A stretch of DNA of 64,000 bases from positions 124,001 to 188,000 of the forward strand of contig NIVC01001776.1 in the NCBI GenBank assembly GCA_002269645.1. The letters run 5' to 3'. A program made the position numbers and the translations under genes. Shown here one piece after another: positions 54,706-64,000 of this stretch; positions within the stretch are counted from its first letter, which is position 1, and each line of letters opens with the position of its first letter. Below the pieces are notes generated by a model. It searched no databases and was not told the DNA's origin. It saw only the letters and a program-made list of their open reading frames with translations. Source of the stretch: Macrostomum lignano. Taxonomy: Eukaryota.

Positions 54706-57050
54706 TTAGATTACTGCACTCGATAAGCTAAGGATTATTGCTCTTGGCAAACCAAGGAATACTGCACTCGATAAGCCAAGGATTATTGCTCTTGGCAAAC
54801 CAAGGATTACTGCACTCGATAAGCCATGGATTATTGCTATTAATAAACCAAGGATTACTGCACTCGATAAGCCAAGGATTATTGCTATTAATAAACCATG
54901 AATTACTGCACTCGATAAGCCAAGGATTATTGCTATTAATAAACCAAGGATTACTGCACTCATAAGCCATGGATTATTGCTATTAATAAACCAAGGATTA
55001 CTGCACTCGATAAGCCAAGGATTATTGCTATTAATAAACCAAGGATTACTGCACTCGATAAACCAAGGATTATTGCTATTAATAAACCAAGGATTACTGC
55101 ACTCGATAAGCCAAGGACTATTGCTATTAATAAACCAAGGATTACTGCACTCAATAAACCAAGGACTATTGCTCTTGGCAAACCAAGGATTACTGCACTC
55201 GATAAGCCAAGGACTATTGCTCTTGGCAAACCAAGGATTACTGCACTCGATAAGCCATGGATTATTGCTATTAATAAACCAAGGATTACTGCACTCGATA
55301 AGCCAAGGATTATTGCTATTAATAAACTAAGGATTACTGCACTCGATAAACCAAGGATTATTGCTATTAATAAACCAAGGATTATGCACTTGGCAAACTA
55401 AGGATTACTGCAATCGATAAGCCAAGGATTATTGCTATTAATAAACCAAGCATTACTGCACTCAATAAACCAAGGACTATTGCTATTAATAAACCAAGGA
55501 TTACTGCACTCAAAAACCAAGGACTATTGCTCTTGGCAAACCAAGGATTACTGCACTCGATAAGCCAAGGATTATTGCTATTAATAAACCAAGGATTACT
55601 GCACTCGATAAGCCAAGGATTATTGCTATTAATAAACCAAGGATTAATGCACTCGATAAACCAAGGATTATTGCTATTAATAAACCAAGGATTACTGCAC
55701 TCGATAAGCCAAGGATTATTGCTATTAATAAACCAAGGATTATGCACTTGGCAAACCAAGGATTACTGCACTCGATAAGCCAAGGATTATTGCTATTAAT
55801 AAACCAAGGATTACTGCACTCAATAAACCAAGGACTATTGCTATTAATAAACCAAGGATTACTGCACTCAATAAACCAAGGACTATTGCTCTTGGCAAAC
55901 CAAGGATTACTGCACTCGATAAGCCAAGGACTATTGCTCTTGGCAAACCAAGGATTACTGCACTCGATAAGCCATGGATTATTGCTATTAATAAACCAAG
56001 GATTACTGCACTCGATAAGCCAAGGATTATTGCTATTAATAAACCAAGGATTACTGCACTCAAAAAACCAAGGACTATTGCTCTTGGCAAACCAAGGATT
56101 ACTGCACTCGATAAGCCATGGATTATTGCTATTAATAAACCAAGGATTACTGCACTCGATAAGGCATGGATTATTGCTATTAATAAACCAAGGATTACTG
56201 CACTCGATAAGCCAAGGATTATTGCTATTAATAAACCAAGGATTACTGCACTCGATAAGGCATGGATTATTGCTATTAATAAACCAAGGATTACTGCACT
56301 CGATAAGCCAAGGATTATTGCTATTAATAAACCATGAATTACTGCACTCAATAAACCAAGGACTATTGCTATTAATAAACCAAGGATTACTGCACTCAAT
56401 AAACCAAGGACTATTGCTCTTGGCAAACCAAGGATTACTGCACTCGATAAGCCAAGGACTATTGCTCTTGGCAAACCAAGGATTACTGCACTCGATAAGC
56501 CATGGATTATTGCTATTAATAAACCAAGGATTACTGCACTCGATAAGCCAAGGATTATTGCTATTAATAAACCAAGGATTACTGCACTCAATAAACCAAG
56601 GACTATTGCTCTTGGCAAACCAAGGATTACTGCACTCGATAAGCCAAGGACTATTGCTCTTGGCAAACCAAGGATTACTGCACTCGATAAGCCATGGATT
56701 ATTGCTATTAATAAACCAAGGATTACTGCACTCGATAAGGCATGGATTATTGCTATTAATAAACCAAGGATTACTGCACTCGATAAGCCAAGGATTATTG
56801 CTATTAATAAACCAAGGATTACTGCACTCGATAAGGCATGGATTATTGCTATTAATAAACCAAGGATTACTGCACTCGATAAGCCAAGGATTATTGCTAT
56901 TAATAAACCATGAATTACTGCACTCGATAAGCCAAGGATTATTGCTATTAATAAACCAAGGATTACTGCACTCGATAAGCCATGGATTATTGCTATTAAT
57001 AAACCAAGGATTACTGCACTCGATAGCCAAGGATTACTGCGCTTGATAAG
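54706..57050. repeat. 24-bp satellite (~97 monomers) mostly arranged as a 48-bp A/B dimer
   Basis: A aggattactgcactcgataagcca alternates with B aggattattgctattaataaacca (variant ...ttgctcttggcaaacca). Confidence 0.96.
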
Positions 57051-57444
57051 CTTGGCTACATGTATAGGATTATTTCTATCCAGGGATGCTTGCTATTTAG
57101 GGATTCTTGCTATGTGCAGGATGCTTGCTATCTGGAAGGATGCTTCTACATTATTTGGGGTATGCTTGCTATCTGCAAGATGCTTGCTATCTGCAAGATG
57201 CTTGCTATCTGCAGATGCTTGCTATCTGGGTGGATGCTTGCTAGGAGTATTAGGGGATGCTTGCTACTGGGGGGATGCTTGCTGTCTTGGGAATATTTTC
57301 TATTTAGGGGTAATGACTAAAATTCATGAGAGCTAGCCTAGAGGTAAACAGACTAAACTGCTAAATGCAGGGACGATGGTTCGAATTTTTAGAGAGTAGA
57401 GTTTTTTTAATTAAAGCCTTTTAACGCCAAGACAAAAAAAATTA

Positions 57445-58400
57445 TGGAAGCGTCATGTAAACAATCATACAAGCGTCATGTAAACAATCATAGAAGCGTC
57501 ATGTAAACAATCATAGAAGCGTCATGTAAAAATCATAGAAGCGTAATGTAAAAATCATAGAAGCGTAATGTAAACAATCATAGAAGCGTCATGTTAAAAT
57601 CATAAAAGCGTCATGTAAACAATCATACAAGCGTCATGTAAAAATCATAGAAGCGTCATGTAAAAATCATAGAAGCGTCATGTTAAAATCATAAAAGCGT
57701 CATAAAAAATCATAGAAGCGTCATGCAAGCAATCATAGAAGCGTAATGTAAACAATCATAGAAGCGTCATGTTAAAATCATACAAGCGTCATGTAAACAA
57801 TCATACAAGCGTCATGTAAACAATCATAGAAGCGTCATGTAAAAAAATCATAGAAGCGTCATGTTAAAATCATAGAAGCGTCATGTAAACAATCATAGAA
57901 GCGTCATGTAAACAATCATAGAAGCGTCATGTAAAAATCATAGAAGCGTCATGTAAAAATCATAGAAGCGTCATGTAAACAATCATAAAAGCGTCATGTA
58001 AACAATCATAGAAGCGTCATGTATACAATCATAGAAGCGTCATGTAAACAATCATAGAAGCGTCATGTAAAAAATCATAGAAGCGTCATGTAAAAATCAT
58101 AGAAGCGTCATGTAAAAATCATAGAAGCGTCATGTAAAAATCATAGAAGCGTCATGTAAAAATCAAAGAAGCGTCATGTAAAAAATCATAGAAGCGTCAT
58201 GTAAAAATCATAAAAGCGTCATGTAAAAAATCATAGAAGCGTCATGTAAACAATCATACAAGCGTCATGTAAACAATCATAGAAGCGTCATGTAAAAATC
58301 ATACAAGCGTCATGTAAACAAGCATAGAAGCGTCATGAAAAAATTATAGAAGCCTCATATAAAAACTAATGAAAGTGTGTCATTTAAAAAATTAAGAAGC
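57445..58400. repeat. 22-23 bp satellite, ~42 copies
   Basis: Unit aatcatagaagcgtcatgtaaa(c). Confidence 0.95.
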
Positions 58401-59304
58401 ATCATGGAAGAATAAAAGAAGCGTAACGTAAAAATCAAAAGAAGCGTCATGTCAGACATGAAAGAAATGTCATATAAAAATTAAATGAAGCTATAGTACA
58501 GTGCTGTGCTGGGGAGAATTACTGAGACGTCAAGGCTCACAGAGAATAACTGAGATTACAGGGGGGTTTCTGAGATGTTAAAGCAAAAGTCAGAAGCTAC
58601 TTCAAAGTACATGTACTTTACTTAAGTTTTTTATTGCATTCTTTGTTGGCTTGCCACGGTGGGGGGGGCGCTGATAGAAGAAGAGTCATGTAAAAATAAA
58701 AGGAGCACTATGTATACATAAAATAAAAGTCATGTCAAAGTTAAAAGATTCATTTGGGAATTGCTACGATGTCAAAGCTTGGAGGGAATCGTTATAGTGC
58801 TGTGATTCTTAAAGAAGGAATCACTTAAATGCCAAGGCTTAGGGAAGAAGAATTGCTGTGATTTCAAGGCTTTAGGTTGGGTGAAAGTTAGGTTTACGTC
58901 AGGTTTGGGTTGAGGGTTAGATTTTAGCGCGTTTCAAGGTTAACAGGGGATTTTTTAGATTTCAAGGTTTATGGGGGCATCGCTGACATGTCAAGGCTTA
59001 CGAGGGGAATCTATCTATCTATCTATAGCTGAGATGTCAAGGCTCACGGGGGAATAAATGAGATGTCAAGGCTAATGTCAGAAGCTACATGTAGTTTATT
59101 GGAAAAAAGTTATTACATTATTTGTTGGCTCCTCACGGGAGGGATCGCTGATAGAAAAAGCGTAATGTAAAAAAAAAAGAAGCTTCATGTCAAAGTTAAG
59201 AGATTCATTTGGGAATCCCTACGATGTCGAGGCTTGCAGGGAATCGCTATAATGCTGTAGTAGTGCTATAGACTCTTAGAGAGAATTACTGAAATTTCAA
59301 TGCT

Positions 59305-59338
59305 TTAGGGTTAGGGTTAGGGTTAGGGTTAGGGTTAG
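59305..59338 (+). repeat. Interstitial telomeric-type repeat (TTAGGG)5-TTAG
   Basis: Direct observation. Confidence 0.85.
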
Positions 59339-59919
59339 AAAATAGACAGATTTTTTAAGATTTCAAGGCTTGTGGGAGCATTGCTGAGATGTCAAGGGGG
59401 GAGTTGATATGTTAAGGCTTGTGGGGGGGGATTTCTGACATGTCAAGGCTTACAAGGGTACTGGTAGCGTACTGAAGCATACTGGTAGAAGTAGCTCTGA
59501 AAGAAGGCAAGTATGGTTGAATTTCAATGTCTGTTATAAAATTCTGCACAAACATGTTTTATTGGTACATAAGCCTGGAATTAAAATGAGAATTCGATTC
59601 CTAGCCCCCCTCCCTAAGAATTTTTTTTCATTTAAAAGGATTCGTCCCTTGCTTATTGGCCACCCCGAAGGCCATTTTTTATCAAAATGATAAAAATAAT
59701 TTTTATCAAACACGTTGACATATACAGGGCTCTAAACTAAAAACTGTAAAAAGTTGATAGTTTTGTTTTACCTAAAATGCGTTATTAACGATCTCCAAAA
59801 ATTCCTATTTTAAGCTTAAGCTTAAGAAAAACACTTAAAGTACTCCTGCTAAAAGGTATATTATATTAGACGAATATTAATTATTTCTGCTCCCCGAAGG
59901 GGGGCAAAACTTTAGCTAG

Positions 59920-62900
59920 TCTTCTTAATATAATATACTAAAAATGAAATGCTTGGTTGCTTGCTTGTAATTGATTTTCTCCCGAACGGCTCAACCGATT
60001 TTCTTCAAACTTGCACCATTGGGACGGTACATGCATATTGGCTAAGAAATTGCTCAATGTTAAAGGGATTAAATATTCGAAAAACATGATTTTTTGCAAA
60101 GGTCAAGCAGCTCTTTCGACCTGAAATGCATTGTAAGAATGCTAGAGAAAAAACTGACTGACTGAATTCCGATTGTGATAAAGATTGCATCACAACAAGT
60201 TGAAAACAGTGCCGAACAAATGCACACAAAACTTGAATGAAATTGCGTAACCATATTGCCAACTTAAATTGAGACTGAATCTGGCTGACTGAGAAATTGA
60301 TTATGTCATAATTTTTTACTCCAATTGACTTGCTGTAAGAATTGAATTATAAGGGCCACAATTCATGTTCTCCAATTGAAAAGAGATAGCCCTGATGCGA
60401 ACAGACTGGAATGCTAAAGTAGCGACCTGGGTTCGAATCTTAGTAGTGCAAAGAGATTTTTTTATTAAAACACCTTAAAAACACAACAAAACTGCTAAAC
60501 ATCAAAGAAGCGCAATTTCAAACATAGAAGAGCCAACATATCGAACATAAGAGTTACCATGTCAAACATAGAAGAGCCACCATGTCGAACATTAAAGAGC
60601 CACCATGTCGAACATAAAAGAGCCACCATGTCAAACATTAAAGAGCCACCATTTCGAACATTAAAGAGCCGCCATGTCAAACATTTAAGAGCCACCATGT
60701 CGAACATAAAAGAGCCACCATTTCGAACATTAAAGAGCCACCATTTCGAACATTAAAGGGCCACTATGTCAAACATTTAAGAGCCACCATGTCAAACATT
60801 AAAGAGCCACTTTGTCGAACATTAAAGAGCCACCATGTCAAACATAAAAGACCCACCATGTAAAACATAAAAGACCCACTATGTCAAACATAAAAGAGCC
60901 ACCATTTCCAACATTAAAGAGCCACCATTTCGAACATTAAAGAGCCACCATTTTGAACATTAAAGAGCCACTATGTTAAAAAATTAGGAGCCAACATGTC
61001 AAACATTAAAGAGCCACCATTTTGAACATTAAAGAGCCACCATGTCGAACATTAAAGAGCCACCATGTCGAACATTAAAGAGCCAACATGTCAGACATTA
61101 AAGAGCCACATTGTCAAACATTAAAGAGCCACTATGTCTACCATAAAAGAGCTATACCATGAAGAACATTAAAGAGCCACCATGTCAAACATAAAAGAGC
61201 CACCATGTAGAATATTAAAGAGCCACCATGTGAAACATTAAAGAGCCACCATGTCGAACATTAAAGAGCCACCATGTCAAAAATTTAAGAGCCACCATGT
61301 CAAACATTTAAGAGCCACCATGTCAAACATTTAAGAGCTACCATGTCAAACATTTAGGAGCCACCATGTCAAACATATATGTGACTTTATGTCAAACATT
61401 AAAGAGCCACCATGTCAAACATTAAAGAGCCACATTGTCAAACATTAAAGAGCCACTATGTCTACCATAAAAGAGCTATGCCATGAAGAACATTAAAAAG
61501 CCACCATGTCAAACATAAAAGAGCCACCATGTAGAATATTAAAGAGCCACCATGTGAAACATTAAAGAGCCACCATGTCGAACATAAAAGAGCCACCATG
61601 TCAAACATTTAAGAGCCACCATGTCAAACATTTAAGAGCCACCATGTCAAACATTTAAGCGCCACCATGTCAAACATATATGTGACTTTATGTCAAACCT
61701 TAAAGAGCCACCATGTCGAACGTTAAAGTGCCACTATGTGTAACATAAAAGAGCTACATCATGAAGAACATTAAAGAGCCACCATGTTAAACATTAAAGA
61801 GCCACCATGTGAAACATTAAAGAGCCACCATGTGAAACATTAAAGAGCCACCATGTCAAACATTTAAGAGCTACCATGTCAAACCTAAAAGAGCCACCAT
61901 GTCGAACATTAAAGAGCCACCATGTCGAACATTAAAGAGCCACCATGTCGAACATTAAAGAGCCAACATGTCAGACATAAAAAAGCCACCGTATCAAACA
62001 TAAGAGTTACCATGTAGAACAAAAAAGATCCACCATGTTGAACATTCAAGAGGCACCATGTCAAACATATATGTGACTTTATGTCAAACATTAAAGAGCC
62101 ACCATTTCGAACATTTAAGAGCCACCATGTCGAACATAAAAGAGCCACCATGTCAAACATTTAAGAGCCACCATGTAAAACATTTAAGAGCCACCATGTC
62201 AAACATTTAAGAGCCACCATGTCAAACATATATGTGACTTTATGTCAAACATTAAAGAGCAACCATGTCGAACGTTTAAGTGCCACTATGTGTAACATAA
62301 AAGAGCTACATCATGAAGAACATTAAAGAGCCACCATGTTAAACATTAAAGAGCCACCACGTGAAACATTAAAGAGCCACCATGTCAAACATTTAAGAGC
62401 TACCATGTCAAACCTAAAAGAGCCACCATGTCGAACATAAAAGAGCCACCATTTCAAACATTGAAGAGCCACCATTTCGAACATTAAAGAGCCACCATGT
62501 CAAACAATTAAGAGCCACCATGTTAAACATTAAAGAGCCACTATGTCGAACATTAAAGAGCCACCATGTCAAACATAAAAGAGCCAACATGTCAGACATT
62601 AAAAAGCCACCGTATCAAACATAAAAGACTTACCATGTAGAACAAAAAAGAGCCACCATGTCGAACAAAAAAGAGCCACCATGAAGAACATTAAGGAGCT
62701 ACCATTTCGAACATTAAAGAGCCACCATGTCGAACATTAAAGAGCCACCATGTAGAATATTAAAGAGCCACCATGACAAACATTAAAGAGCCACCATGTC
62801 AAACATTTAGAAGCCACCATGTGAAACATTAAAGAGCCACCATGTTAAACATTAAAGAGCCACCATTTCAAACATAGATGAGCCACCATGTTAGATATTA

Positions 62901-64000
62901 AAAAGAGCCACCATGTCGAACATAAAAGAGCCACCATGTCAAACATTTAAGAGCCACCATGTCAAAAATATATGTGACTTTATGTCAAACATTAAAGAGC
63001 CACCATGTCGAACATTAAAGATCCACCATGTAAAACATTAAAGAGCCACATTGTCAAACATAAAAGAGCCATTATGTCGTACATTTAAGAGCCACCATGT
63101 AAAACATTAAAGAGCCACATTGTCAAACATAAAAGAGCCATTATGTCGTACATTAAAGAGCCACCATGTAAAACATTAAAGAGCCACCATGTCAAAACAT
63201 AAAAGTGCCATCAAGTCAAACCTAAAAGAGCCACCATGTCAAACATAAAAGAGCCACCATATCGATCATTAAAGAGCCACCATGTCAAACATTAAAGAGC
63301 CATTATGTCAAATCTAAAGGAGCCATCATGTCGAACATTAAAGAGCCACCATGTCAAACATAAATCTGGCATGATGTCAAACATTAAAGTGCCACCATAT
63401 CGAACATTAAAGAGCCACCATGTCTAACAGTAAAGAGCCACCATGTCGAACATAAAAGAGCCACCATATCGAACATTAAAGAGCCACCATGTCAAACATT
63501 AAAGAGCCATTATGTCAAATCTAAAGGAGCCACCATGTCGAACATTAAAGAGCCACCATGTCAAACATAAATCTGGCATGATGTCAAACATTAAAGTGCC
63601 ACCATATCGAACATTAAAGAGCCACCATGTCTAACAGTAAAGAGCCACCATGTCGAACATTAAAGGGCCACCATGTAGAACATTAAAGAGCCACCATGTC
63701 GAACATAAAAGAGCCACCATGTCAAACATTAAATAACCACCATGTCGAACATTAAAGAACCACCATGTCAAACATTAAAGAGCCACCATGTAAAACATTA
63801 AAGAGCCACCATGTCAAACATGTATGTGACTTTATGTCAAACATTAAAGAGCCACCATGTCAAACATGTATGTGACTTTATGTCAAACATTAAAGAGCCA
63901 CCATGTAAAACATTAAAGAGCCACCATGTCAAACATGTATGTGACTTTATGTCAAACAATAAAGAGCCACCATTTCGAACATTAAAGAGCCACCATGTCA
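59920..64000 (+). mobile_element. Non-autonomous Helitron-like element, copy 2 (continues beyond the window)
   Basis: Starts TC immediately after the CTAG of copy 1; first ~560 bp homologous to 54033-54690. Confidence 0.7.
60510..64000. repeat. 23-bp satellite, ~150 copies, runs off the window
   Basis: Unit cattaaagagccaccatgtcgaa; period 23 (61025 to 61048). Confidence 0.96.

Larger units (their letters stand above)
54033..59919 (+). mobile_element. Non-autonomous Helitron-like element, copy 1 (~5.9 kb, satellite-laden)
   Basis: 5' TCttctaatatactaaaaatgaaatg...gaacggctcaaccgattttcttcaaacttg, resembling non-autonomous Helitron 5' subtermini; 3' hairpin gctcccc-gaa-ggggggc (59889-59905) then CTAG (59916-59919); no RepHel ORF. 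Confidence 0.72.

Noticed and set aside
54706-64000. Possible CRISPR arrays (23-24 bp periodic repeats)
   Set aside because: Monomers are contiguous with no unique spacers, there are no cas genes, and the context is eukaryotic.

Overview
Eukaryotic (animal) genomic DNA. GC-rich spliced exons, short GT-AG introns, a different minisatellite in most longer introns and TTAGGG resemble a free-living flatworm such as Macrostomum; this is inferred, not verified. I reconstructed seven protein-coding genes by hand with splice-phase checks: (1) an alpha-1 adrenoceptor-like GPCR (minus, runs off the left edge); (2) a secreted F-type-lectin-like + CUB protein (plus); (3) an intronless divergent TRPV-like channel (plus); (4) a 14-exon catalytically intact ADAM that ends in a Thr/Pro mucin stalk and a GPI-signal-like tail instead of TM + cytoplasmic tail (minus); (5) MTHFS; (6) ARMC5; (7) a JADE/rhinoceros-like PHD-ZnK-PHD gene (all minus). 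Mobile DNA: a complete TRIM-like LTR element with TSD, PBS and PPT; three CORE-type tRNA-derived SINEs; two MITEs; a non-LTR retrotransposon fragment. The last 10 kb hold two head-to-tail Helitron-like non-autonomous elements whose interiors are [tRNA-like head + T-run + private satellite array] modules; this is the most unusual structure here. About 28 tandem arrays explain most long ORFs in the track. Copy numbers and CpG counts are by eye.
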